The notes: a model not told the origin generated them from the letters alone. 64,000 bases of DNA from Nemertoderma westbladi (GCA_032718475.1 JAUCBJ010002638.1:44154-108153), one strand, 5' to 3'. Counted from the first letter of the stretch, positions 39,425 to 51,347 are shown. Translations and numbers: made by a program.

Positions 39425-39840
39425 TTTCAGATTAAGCAAGAATGACAGAAAATCCTGATAGAAGAGAGACTAGAATCCACAAATGGTTGAGTTTAATAAT
39501 AATTAATTATATATCTGGAAATACAAGGTATTCTACTGACTTTTCTGAGCTTTGAAATACATTTTATAAACAAAAAGGGCAAATCAAAGTGAATAACTAC
39601 CTAAATACTGAAATACCTAAACCTGTAAACGCTATACTTAATTATCAAAATAATTAATAACTCACACCATCAACACAGTGTAATGTGGTACGCGGAGATC
39701 TTTTTGTACCGGTAAGTAATACTGTTACGGCACCCAGTTCTGAAGCTATCAGTGAGCATGCACCATGCACGCCTAGCCTAATCCTGTAATCCATAATACC
39801 TCAATCAGTCAGTTAAGTCATGAATCTTGTTATTGTGGAA

Positions 39841-39854
39841 TTTGAATTTCCCGC
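39841..39854. promoter_or_regulatory. Composite CHR + E2F site (TTTGAA-TTTCCCGC), about 420 bp upstream of DONSON
   Basis: An exact CHR hexamer abuts an E2F core, upstream of an S-phase gene. Confidence 0.55.
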
Positions 39855-41126
39855 TTTTGTAATGTTTTTATGGTATTGTGGGGTGAGCCACGAAGTGAGC
39901 GAAGCCTTAGCATCGTCGTCAAATTTTTGGTCGCTAATTACCTGACGAAAAAAAAAAAAAAAGAGTATACCTTGACGAAATTAAACCAAATTCAGTACGT
40001 ATGTAGTCCATGAAAAGTTTAGAAATAATCATAAGTTTGGAAAAAAAATCGGTCTGTCGGTACCGGTAGTTTCATACTTTTGATAAAAACCGAAATAAAT
40101 CGGTCAATCGTCATTGATGAAATGATACCAAACTTGGACAAACGTAGACAAACTTGTTTGTCTAAGGGTTAGAAAGATTCTGAAGTTCCATGGCGGCGTA
40201 TTGTAAATACAAATAAGTAGGCCTACTCGGATTACAGCGTGTTGACTTAGTCTCGTGCTGCGCGAAGGCCACACGTGTATTGGATTATATTGCATTGGTT
40301 CCGAAAATAAATGTACCGGTAGTCAATAATTACTTAGGTTGAAACGAGGATGAAAAGTCCACATTAAAGGAAAAATGTTATAATTTATAAAACGAATCTT
40401 CGTCTTAACCTATGGAAGGAAATAGGAAAATTGATGCATTGATAAAAAATAATAAAAGCTATTTATTATTTTGCAACTGAATTTTCATATTCAGCTACTA
40501 AATTTTACTAAATCAAAGATTTTTAGTTTATTGATTTCGATTTGTTACCCCCCCCCCCCCCCCCCCCACCCCAATCCCATCAAGCTTTTTAAGCGGATTT
40601 GGAGGCACAATTGATTAATATAATTTGGTGCGATACTATTCAATGATGTGCTCCTCCCCACCCCACCTCGAAGTAAATAAAACCCAAAACGATTATTTAC
40701 AAATTAATTATTGCAAAAATCGCAATTAATTAAAAGTGTCACCCGCAATACGTTCGATTAATATCAATAACCACCAATATTCCCGATGGTGGAACATTTA
40801 CGAAATTGTAAAATATAATCTAATGTCGAAATGTTAAAATGACATTATTATAATATAATATTAATTAATAAGATCATATTCCAGGAACTGTGTCGCATAC
40901 AATAATGAACTTACAAATGACGCGTCCACTTGAAATTTAATGAGTTTTGGATAGACAACCAACATATGACACAATAAAATATTTAGTCTATATAAATCAA
41001 ACCCGCACAGTACAAACTAAAGAAAAATCATACAAAACAGGTTTCATTGAAAATTTAACGGATGCTAATAGGTAGACCTACTATTACTGTATTATAATAT
41101 TATATTTATCATCGAATTTCCAACAC

Positions 41127-42983
41127 CTAAACCTTTTTCTTCTTATTGAATTTGTCACTAAACGTCTTCCTTCTGCCATCATTGTTTTTAGTTTGTCGCT
41201 GTTTATATCCCGAGAGTTGCTTGTGACCAGAACCTTGTTTATATCGCTCGCCTTGTTTATTTCCCCCGCCTGGTTTATGTCTCTCGTCTTGTTTATTTCC
41301 CCCGCGAGGTTTATTTCCCCCGCCTGGTTTATTTCCCACGCCTGGTTTATTTCCACCGCCTTTATTATTTATCTCTCCTTGTTTATTTCCCCCGGCGTAT
41401 TTGTTCCATCCACCCGGTTTACGTCCCTCGCCTTGTTTATATCTCCCATCTGGTTTATTTCCCTCACCGTGTTTATTTTTACTGAGTTTATCTCTGCCTT
41501 CCACATTATTTCCCGTTCCAAATTTAGTCCCCTTGCTTACTTTATGTCCCGCCCCTAGTTTAATTCCTCCACCCACTTTATATACCGCTCGCGGGGTTTG
41601 TTTCCCATGATCTACTTTACGTCCCGCTCCTTGTTTATCTCCGCCTTTATTTCCCGTGAGTTGCTTCGCCAACAACCGTTTTCTATTATCCAACTGTTTC
41701 GTTCTTAAAACTTTTTTAAACATTTTAGACCTGGACGTCGGTTTGCCTTCCTTCCGTTTACCCTCTTTCTTCCCCCCATCGACTCCCTCTGTAATTTCCC
41801 GTTTTTTCTTCTCATTCCCGCCAACTTTCTGCTTCTTCACGGCTCGGAACACCCGTATCCTTCGGTCCCCCAACTCCCTCCCGCTCAACCCCAAAGCCAA
41901 CTCCACCGCGTCCTTATCCTCGTACAGCACGTACGCGAAGCCCTTACCCAACCCGGTTCCGCGATCCCGGACCACCCGGACGTTCGCGACGCGCCCCGCG
42001 GCCCCGAACAACGCCCGGAGTTCCTCCTCCTCCACCCCGAACGGGAGGTTCCCCACGAACACGGACCGCTTGTTGTCGTGCTGCTCGCACTCCGCACCGT
42101 CAACCCGCACGACTCGCCCGCCTATCGTCGCGTTGTTCATCGCGATCGCGTCCCGAGCCGCCGACTCCTCCACGAACACGACGTAAGCGACCACGCGCTC
42201 CACGTCGGGATGCAGTTTCCCGCGGATCGCCGCCACCTTCTGCGAGAGTTTCGGGTCAGCCGACACGCCGCAACGCAGCCGCAGACTCTGAACTGCGCCG
42301 AACTTACGGAAGACCTTGACGAGCCGCTGTTTATCGGTGTCGGCGGGGAGATTCCCAACGAAAATCGTCCGATGTTTCTCAGACTCGCTAACCGACCGCA
42401 GCTCTTCTACTTCCCCTGTTTGCTTCCCCTCGCCAGTCTCTCTATTATTTCTCTCCAGTTTCTTCCGTTTTCTCGATGTCCCTTTCACTTTCACTCCCTC
42501 GCTGTACACCTCCTCCTCGCTTCGCTCCGGTTTGTTCGCCTTCAGCGACGCCCGCGCTGCCATCGCCCGCTCCACCGCTGCGCGAACCGCCTCCCCCGTC
42601 GCAGTTTTCGCTTTCTTTTCCGCAACTTCGGCTATATCAACTCCCGACGAACTCCGTTTATTGGAACCCTTCGTGGATCCCTTAGCAACCGGTTTGGTTC
42701 CATTAGCAACCGCATGGACTACCTCAGCAACAGGTCCTATTTCCTTAGCAACCGATCCCACGCGCTTAGCAACAACTTTGGTTCCCTTAGCAACGTGTTC
42801 TACTGCCTTTATGCTTTTAGTCTTATTATTATTTGATGGTGACCCCGTTGCTAGGTTACTTTTACGAGGCTCGAAGAGTCTACTGAGGTCCGCGTTCGTC
42901 TCTGTGAGAGTTTTATTCTTCTTCTTAATAAGTCGGGAAATACTGCCGATTTGGAAATCTTCAACGAAAGTGTTGGAAGCCAT
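41127..42983 (-). CDS. RBM34: RNA-binding protein 34 (Nop12 family), two RRMs, intronless
   Basis: RTIFVGNLP, FGAVQSLRLR, AYVVF, RVVRVD, HDNKRSVFVGNLPF, VRVVRDRGTGLGKGFAYVLY. N-terminal FQIGSIS; Lys/Gly-rich tail. Confidence 0.9.
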   Translation of the reverse strand: MASNTFVEDFQIGSISRLIKKKNKTLTETNADLSRLFEPRKSNLATGSPSNNNKTKSIKAVEHVAKGTKVVAKRVGSVAKEIGPVAEVVHAVANGTKPVAKGSTKGSNKRSSSGVDIAEVAEKKAKTATGEAVRAAVERAMAARASLKANKPERSEEEVYSEGVKVKGTSRKRKKLERNNRETGEGKQTGEVEELRSVSESEKHRTIFVGNLPADTDKQRLVKVFRKFGAVQSLRLRCGVSADPKLSQKVAAIRGKLHPDVERVVAYVVFVEESAARDAIAMNNATIGGRVVRVDGAECEQHDNKRSVFVGNLPFGVEEEELRALFGAAGRVANVRVVRDRGTGLGKGFAYVLYEDKDAVELALGLSGRELGDRRIRVFRAVKKQKVGGNEKKKREITEGVDGGKKEGKRKEGKPTSRSKMFKKVLRTKQLDNRKRLLAKQLTGNKGGDKQGAGRKVDHGKQTPRAVYKVGGGIKLGAGHKVSKGTKFGTGNNVEGRDKLSKNKHGEGNKPDGRYKQGEGRKPGGWNKYAGGNKQGEINNKGGGNKPGVGNKPGGGNKPRGGNKQDERHKPGGGNKQGERYKQGSGHKQLSGYKQRQTKNNDGRRKTFSDKFNKKKKV

Positions 42984-43300
42984 TATAATGCAGCCCGCAA
43001 AAAATAGGCCCTACAAGTAATAATGTAAGCTTGGGTTGATTAACTTTACTTGACTCAGCTGCTCAGTCAGTCAGTCGAACTTCACTTTAGCTAGCTCAGC
43101 TCAACGCTCAACCCTGTCAATACAAAGTAAAGATGTAGTCGGTGTACAGGCAGACAGGTGTAGGTGTGGTGTACGTACAAACGTGGAAACGTGCGATAGC
43201 AGGATAGTGCAGATACAAACGACAATAACACAAACAAATACTGAAAAATATTAATTAATGTGTTTATAATTATAAAAGTCGCAGTTTTAATAGTTTTCAA

Positions 43301-43630
43301 TTAAATATCCATAGAATTGTTTTCCTTGGTGTCGGTTTCTCTGACTACGTTTAGGAATTTTCCCCGCGTTATTTCCCTAACTTCCTCCAACCCCAATTGA
43401 TAGGCGAGGTTCTGCAAGGTTTTAACTCGTTCCATCAACTGGTGACCAGTTAGTGAGCCGAACTCCTGTAACAGCTGCAAGTCGCTTCGGTCCAGTTCAC
43501 TCATATACTCTGGAGGTTCAGGGGCGGTGTCTTCCCGACAGTTAACTAGATCGGAGAAGTCCGATAGGAGGTCTGGGAAGTCTTCCGTGTTGCCAAGCAA
43601 TAATTCTCTCAAGGTAATAGATGTTGCCAT
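43301..43630 (-). CDS. LIN52: LIN52, MuvB/DREAM complex subunit, intronless
   Basis: PPEYMSELDRSDLQLLQEFGSLT..LMERVKTLQNLAYQLGLEEVREITRGKFLNV matches the LIN52 family signature. Confidence 0.95.
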   Translation of the reverse strand: MATSITLRELLLGNTEDFPDLLSDFSDLVNCREDTAPEPPEYMSELDRSDLQLLQEFGSLTGHQLMERVKTLQNLAYQLGLEEVREITRGKFLNVVRETDTKENNSMDI

Positions 43631-44099
43631 TTCCTAATCCATTGCGGTACATTAATTGATTGGAGTTGCATTTAGTTTAGGATAGACAACCATATTATAC
43701 ATTTTTGTTTTGAGATGTTGGCGCTAATTTACCACCGGGGGGGGGGGGGGGGGGGGGGTGTTGATTATAATGCACACGCTATACCCAATACTGCCGTCCT
43801 AAGACAAACCCAACTCGAATTTTGACGAAAATGAGATATTGGTATCATTTTAAAGCTTACGGCGAGTTCTATCTGGTGGTTAGAACTTAATAGAGTGCAC
43901 CTAAACTCTAAAGGGTTTAAAAAGGGGGTAGAATGTAACAGCATTATATGAATTTGTTAAGGCGTGCCAAGGCAGAACACGTATACCGGCAAACCACTCT
44001 AAACGCTAACGTGCTCTTTTTCGTTCATACACCTAACTATCAAATTCTCTGGAAGGTCGCTAGAGTACAAGGGTAGTAAAGACTACACATATACCATAG

Positions 44100-47000
44100 C
44101 CCTAACTGCATGTTCTATTAATGTTGTGCTAACTGCAAACCCGAACAGTATTATTATACACCTAACCGCATGGTCTAATTAATGTTGTGTGTGCTAACTG
44201 CAAACCCGAACAGTATTATTATACACCTAACTACATGGTCAAATTAATGTTGTGCTAACAGCAAACCCGAACAGTATTATTATACACATAACTGCATGGT
44301 CAAATTAATGTTGTGCTAACTGCAAACCCGAACAGTATTATTATACACCTAACTGCATGTTCTATTAATGTTGTGCTAACTGTAAACCCGAACAGTATTA
44401 TTATACACCTAACTGCAAGTTCTAATTAATGTTGTGCTAACTGCAAACCCGAACAGTATTATTATACACCTAACTGCATGGCCTTCTAATTAATATTGTG
44501 CTAGCTGCAAACCCGAACAGTATTATTATACACCTAACTACATGGTCTATTTAATGTTGTGCTAACTGCAAACCCGAACAGTATTACTATACACCTAACT
44601 GCAAGGTCAAATTAATGTTGTGCTAACTGTAAACCCGAACAGTATTACTATACACCTAACTGCATGGTCTATTAATGTTGTGCTAATTGCAAACCTGAAC
44701 AGTATTATTATACACATAACTGCATGGTCTATTTAATGTTGTGCTAACTGCAAACCCGAACAGTATTATTATACACCTAACTACATGGTCTATTTAATGT
44801 TGTGCTAACTGCAAACACGAACAGTATTATTATACACCTAACTGCATGTTCTATTAATGTTGTGCTAATTGCAAACCCGAACAGTATTATTATACACCTA
44901 ACCGCATGGTCTAATTAATGTTGTGTGTGCTAACTGCAAACCCGAACAGTATTATTATACACCTAACTACATGGTCAAATTAATGTTGTGCTAACAGCAA
45001 ACCCGAACAGTATTATTATACACATAACTGCATGGTCAAATTAATGTTGTGCTAACTGCAAACCCGAACAGTATTATTATACACCTAACTGCATGTTCTA
45101 TTAATGTTGTGCTAACTGTAAACCCGAACAGTATTATTATACACCTAACTGCAAGTTCTAATTAATGTTGTGCTAACTGCAAACCCGAACAGTATTATTA
45201 TACACCTAACTGCATGGCCTTCTAATTAATATTGTGCTAGCTGCAAACCCGAACAGTATTATTATACACCTAACTACATGGTCTATTTAATGCTGTGCTA
45301 ACTGCAAACCCGAACAGTATTACTATACACCTAACTGCAAGGTCAAATTAATGTTGTGCTAACTGTAAACCCGAACAGTATTACTATACACCTAACTGCA
45401 TGGTCTATTAATGTTGTGCTAATTGCAAACCTGAACAGTATTATTATACACATAACTGCATGGTCTATTTAATGTTGTGCTAACTGCAAACCCGAACAGT
45501 ATTATTATACACCTAACTACATGGTCTATTTAATGTTGTGCTAACTGCAAACACGAACAGTATTATTATACACCTAACTGCATGTTCTATTAATGTTGTG
45601 CTAATTGCAAACCCGAACAGTATTATTATACACCTAACTACATGGTCTATTTAATGTTGTGCTAACTGCAAACACGAACAGTGTTATTATACACCTAACT
45701 GCATGTTCTATTAATGTTGTGCTAATTGCAAACCCGAACAGTATTATTATACACCTAACTACATGGTCTATTTAATGTTGTGCTAACTGCAAACACGAAC
45801 AGTATTATTATACACCTAACTACATGGTCTATTTAATGTTGTGCTAACTGTAAACCCGAACAGTATTATTATACACCTAACTGCATGTTCTATTAATGTT
45901 GTGCTAACTGCAAACCCGAACAGTATTATTATACACCTAACTGCATGGTCTAATTAATGTTGTGCTAACTGTAAACCCGAACAGTATTATTATACACCTA
46001 ACTACATGGTCTATTTAATGTTGTGCTAACTGCAAACCCGAACAGTATTATTATACACCTAACTGCATGGTCTATTTAATGTTGATCTAACTGCAAACCC
46101 GAACAGTATTATTATACACCTAACTACATGGTCTATTTAATGTTGTGCTAACTGCAAACACGAACAGTATTATTATACACCTAACTGCATGTTCTATTAA
46201 TGTTGTGCTAATTGCAAACCCGAACAGTATTATTATACACCTAACTACATGGTCTATTTAATGTTGTGCTAACTGCAAACACGAACAGTATTATTATACA
46301 CCTAACTGCATGTTCTATTAATGTTGTGCTAATTGCAAACCCGAACAGTATTATTATACACCTAACTACATGGTCTATTTAATGTTGTGCTAACTGCAAA
46401 CACGAACAGTATTATTATACACCTAACTACATGGTCTATTTAATGTTGTGCTAACTGTAAACCCGAACAGTATTATTATACACCTAACTGCATGTTCTAT
46501 TAATGTTGTGCTAACTGCAAACCCGAACAATATTATTATACACCGAACTGCATGGTCTAATTAATGTTGTGCTAACTGTTAACCCGAACAGTATTATTAT
46601 ACACCTAACTACATGGTCTATTTAATGTTGTGCTAACTGCAAACCCGAACAGTATTACTATACACCTAACTGCAAGGTCAAATTAATGTTGTGCTAACTG
46701 TAAACCCGAACAGTATTACTATACACCTAACTGCATGGTCTATTAATGTTGTGCTAATTGCAAACCTGAACAGTATTATTATACACATAACTGCATGGTC
46801 TATTTAATGTTGTGCTAGCTGCAAACCCGAGCAGTATTATTATACACCTAACTACATGGTCTATTTAATGTTGTGCTAACTGCAAACCCGAACAGTATTA
46901 TTATACACCTAACTGCATGGTCTATTTAATGTTGATCTAACTGCAAACCCGAACAGTATTATTATACACCTAACTACATGGTCTATTTAATGTTGTGCTA

Positions 47001-49200
47001 ACTGCAAACACGAACAGTATTATTATACACCTAACTGCATGTTCTATTAATGTTGTGCTAATTGCAAACCCGAACAGTATTATTATACACCTAACTACAT
47101 GGTCTATTTAATGTTGTGCTAACTGCAAACACGAACAGTATTATTATACACCTAACTGCATGTTCTATTAATGTTGTGCTAATTGCAAACCCGAACAGTA
47201 TTATTATACACCTAACTACATGGTCTATTTAATGTTGTGCTAACTGTAAACCCGAACAGTATTATTATACACCTAACTACATGGTCTATTTAATGTTAAT
47301 CTAACTGCAAACCCGAACAGTATTATTATACACCTAACTACATGGTCTATTTAATGTTGTGCTAACTGCAAACACGAACAGTATTATTATACACCTAACT
47401 GCATGTTCTATTAATGTTGTGCTAATTGCAAACCCGAACAGTATTATTATACACCTAACTACATGGTCTATTTAATGTTGTGCTAACTGCAAACACGAAC
47501 AGTATTATTATACACCTAACTACATGGTCTATTTAATGTTGTGCTAATTGCAAACCCGAACAGTATTATTATACACCTAACTACATGGTCTATTTAATGT
47601 TGTGCTAACTGCAAACCCGAACAGTATTATTATACACCTAACTACATGGTCTATTTAATGTTTTGCTAACTGCAAACCCGAACAGTATTATTATACACCT
47701 AACTACATGGTCTATTTAATGTTGTGCTAACTGCAAACCCGAACAGTATTATTATACACCTAACTACATGGTCTATTTAATGTTGTGCTAACTGCAAACC
47801 CGAACAGTATTATTATACACCTAACTACATGGTCTATTTAATGTTGTGCTAACTGCAAACACGAACAGTATTATTGTACACCTAACTGCATGGTTTAATT
47901 AATGTTGTGCTAACTGTAAACCCGAACAGTATTATTATACACCTAACTGCATGGTCAAATTAATGTTGTGCTAACTGCAAACCCGAACAGTATTATTATA
48001 CACCTAACTGCATGGCCTTCTAATTAATATTGTGCTAGCTGCAAACCCGAACAGTATTATTATACACCTAACTACATGGTCTATTTAATGTTGTGCTAAC
48101 TGCAAACCCGAACAGTATTACTATACACCTAACTGCAAGGTCAAATTAATGTTGTGCTAACTGTAAACCCGAACAGTATTACTATATACCTAACTGCATG
48201 GTCTATTAATGTTGTGCTAATTGCAAACCTGAACAGTATTATTATACACATAACTGCATGGTCTATTTAATGTTGTGCTAACTGCAAACCCGAACAGTAT
48301 TATTATACACCTAACTACATGGTCTATTTAATGTTGTGCTAACTGCAAACACGAACAGTATTATTATACACCTAACTGCATGTTCTATTAATGTTGTGCT
48401 AATTGCAAACCCGAACAGTATTATTATACACCTAACTACATGGTCTATTTAATGTTGTGCTAACTGCAAACACGAACAGTATTATTATACACCTAACTAC
48501 ATGGTCTATTTAATGTTGTGCTAATTGCAAACCCGAACAGTATTATTATACACCTAACTACATGGTCTATTTAATGTTGTGCTAACTGCAAACCCGAACA
48601 GTATTATTATACACCTAACTACATGGTCTATTTAATGTTTTGCTAACTGCAAACCCGAACAGTATTATTATACACCTAACTACATGGTCTATTTAATGTT
48701 GTGCTAACTGCAAACCCGAACAGTATTATTATACACCTAACTACATGGTCTATTTAATGTTGTGCTAACTGCAAACACGAACAGTATTATTGTACACCTA
48801 ACTGCATGGTTTAATTAATGTTGTGCTAACTGTAAACCCGAACAGTATTATTATACACCTAACTGCATGGTCAAATTAATGTTGTGCTAACTGCAAACCC
48901 GAACAGTATTATTATACACCTAACTGCATGGTCTAATTAATGTTGTGCTAACTGTAAACCCGAACAGTATTATTATACACCTAACTACATGGTCTATTTA
49001 ATGTTGTGCTAACTGCAAACACGAACAGTATTATTATACACCTAACTGCATGGTTTATTCATGTTGTGCTAACTGCAAACCCGAACAGTATTATTATACA
49101 CCTAACTGCATGGTCTAATTAATGTTGTGCTAACTGCAAACCCGAACAGTATTATTATACACCTAACTGCATGGTTTATTCATGTTGTAGGCCTACTAAC
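44100..49200. repeat. 60/61-bp satellite, about 84 units (cctaactgcatggtctatttaatgttgtgctaactgcaaacccgaacagtattattataca)
   Basis: Directly visible. The monomer contains ctaactgca twice. A 736-bp (12-mer) higher-order duplication is marked by the cctaaccgca/gtgtgtg variant at 44161 and 44897. Confidence 0.99.
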
Positions 49201-49258
49201 TAAGTGTTTAAACAGGATCAAACATTTTAGCATTTCTGTAATTCATAATAAATTTGTA

Positions 49259-49710
49259 ATACCTACAAATTTTCAACTTGGCAGCTTTAAATCCGACAAA
49301 GTTATTAGCATGTCAAAATCGTAACGACGACAACGATTTCACTTTCAGACCTTTGGCCCTCTAGCGGCAGACTGGAGCACTGCAGATGGATTCGCCTCCT
49401 TTGAAAGTCACAGCTAATGGTCTAATACATATCTGCCAAGTTTCAGCTTAAACGGATTAAAAGCAAAGAAATGGGAGGGCATTAATGTTTAGACATGTGG
49501 CCCTCTAGCGGGAGACCATTGCACTGATGGTGTCTGAAAGTCTCTCAAAAATCTCAACTTTTGCTCATATTGATACCTACAAATTTTCAACTTGGCAGCT
49601 TTAAATCCGACAAAGTTATTAGCATGTCAAAATCGTAACGACGACGACGACGACAACGACGACGACGACGACGATGAGTCATATTTCAGTTAATGATGCA
49701 ACTAATGCTT
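49259..49710. mobile_element. Probable end of a Helitron/Helentron-type (DINE/HINE-like) non-autonomous element
   Basis: A core of about 75 bp (atacctacaaattttcaacttggcagc...) is duplicated at 49259 and 49573 and followed by a (GAC)n microsatellite, directly after the 61-bp array. Classification rests on architecture only. Confidence 0.4.
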
Positions 49711-49764
49711 CATATTTTTCATCATAATTATTATTATAGTATATCTTGTGATTTATCAGTGTCC

Positions 49765-49958
49765 ACGATATTAGTTAGGTGCGGCTCCAATTCTTGTGTT
49801 AATTTATTTTCCCCGGCACTTTAGAATTATTATCCGGATTGGTTTTGAAACGTTGCTTTAATATGATAATTTCACTATGACTCCTTTCATTATCTTTTCA
49901 TAAGATCAAAATTACCAAAATGATCGAATAATTAACATTTTTATATTAAATTTTCCTA
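49765..49958. repeat. About 195-bp direct repeat, copy 1 (copy 2 at 51348-51543)
   Basis: tattagttaggtgcggctccaattctt...ttttatattaaattttccta is present twice with small indels. Confidence 0.9.
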
Positions 49959-49989
49959 ATGATGACTCTAATGATTTCCTAATAATGAC

Positions 49990-50905
49990 ATATATATATA
50001 TATATATTACATATATATTAAGAATGCTGTGCGGTCTTGGTGACAAAATTGCGCCGCCACAACTCCCTATCACCCATGACATTTGCTAGATCATCTGCAT
50101 CTCCAAGGCCAGTGTCCTTTAAGATGCGGTCTCAAGAAAGTCATGGGGTGTCCACCATGCTTATTCACTCCACGAGGCCGCCAATGCACAAGATTTCCTC
50201 ACGGCGAAAGCAATGTCCTGCAAAGCGGAGGCGATTTTGTTCTAGTGTCAAGCTAATGAAGACTAATGGATGTTTCATCCAATGTTGTATAGAGTCTGAT
50301 TGGAGATGTGTTCATTGTACTTGACACAATGAACCCGGCGCAGCATTCTTGTGAAAGTGCCATCCAGAGATTTGGTATCCTCTGCAGTTAGAGTCCAGCT
50401 TGGACTCCCGTATAAGAGTACTGGTACTACTGCTGCCATAAATAATCTAACCTTAAGGTTCCGTCTTATTCTATGGGGCTTCCAAATCCTGGACGGAATG
50501 GACTATTTAACGCTGCCCGTCCTTGCCTTCCCCTTACTTATCCGAAGGTTTTCACCTGACTTTCTGATCCATGATCCCAAGTAGCAGAAGTCATCCACGT
50601 GCTGAAGCAATCCATCCTTAGATCTTATGCCCTTCCGATGAGACATTTATTAAGGGCTGTCTAGGTTGACTGTCATGATTTTGGTCTTCTTTGAATTTAC
50701 AAAAAGACCAACACTAGAAGCAACCTGTTCCAATTAGCAGAGGAGCCGTTGGGCTCCCTCTAATGATTCTGACAGTACCCCTAAGTCATCAGCAAAGTCT
50801 AGATCAGTAAGGTACTTTGCTGGATTTCCTCTACTTATTGTGTCAGTAGGGGGTGTTACCATCACCCCATCTTTATAAAGATGGTCTAAGGACATTCGTA
50901 GAAAA
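49990..50905 (-). mobile_element. Degenerate RTE-type LINE 3' fragment
   Basis: Minus strand reads YLTDLDFADDL..LSESLEGAQRLL..VGLFVNSKKTK, DDFCYLGS, VLLYGS, RRLRFAGHC, with stops and frameshifts, and ends in (TA)n. Confidence 0.85.
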
Positions 50906-51025
50906 TAATCAACCGAATAAGATATAGAATAACAACGAATAAGAATGGTGCAAGTGTGTCACCCTGAAGGACTACCAATAAGACTTCAAATGGATCTGTG
51001 TCATCATAATTATTATTATATAATT

Positions 51026-51307
51026 ATGGGTAATGCAGCAGCTTGGTCTAGTAGTGACATTCCTTGACTTCCAATTAGGGAGCCCTGGTTCGATATCTAG
51101 AAGGGGCAGCACTGTTTGGGCACAGTGCTTTAAATCCTGCAGCCTAGCCCAACCCTCCCTGGCTTTCATCCTTCAGTGGTCGATTAATGGGAACCAAGGA
51201 AACTTGGGAAACAGAGTGGAAGGGAAGGGTTTACTGTGGAAGATCTAGATCACCCGTGGTGGTGAACAGGAATTCCTTGGCTTAATCTGCCTAAAAGGTT
51301 CTCCAAT
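51026..51307 (+). mobile_element. tRNA-derived SINE with a probable Deu/Nin-like central domain
   Basis: A box TGGTCTAGTAG (51044-51054), B box GGTTCGATATC (51087-51097) and central gctttcatccttcagtggtcgattaatgggaacca. An 18-bp flanking duplication tcataattattattatat lies at 51004-51021 and 51308-51325. Confidence 0.75.
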
Positions 51308-51347
51308 TCATAATTATTATTATATTACTAGTATTTTATTAGTGACA

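Noticed and set aside
39885-40200. Possible degenerate non-autonomous element between DONSON and RBM34
   Set aside because: It has TE-like phrases (ccaaacttgg, ccaaattcagtac), but I could not define termini, a target duplication or a second copy.
41193-43020. Long plus-strand ORFs (up to 252 aa) opposite RBM34, and similar ones opposite POLD1, DONSON and VEZT
   Set aside because: Antisense shadows of GC-rich or repetitive coding sequence with no recognisable domains.
51035-51110. Functional tRNA gene
   Set aside because: A and B boxes are present but the acceptor and T stems do not pair well, and the sequence continues into a SINE-like body with a flanking duplication.
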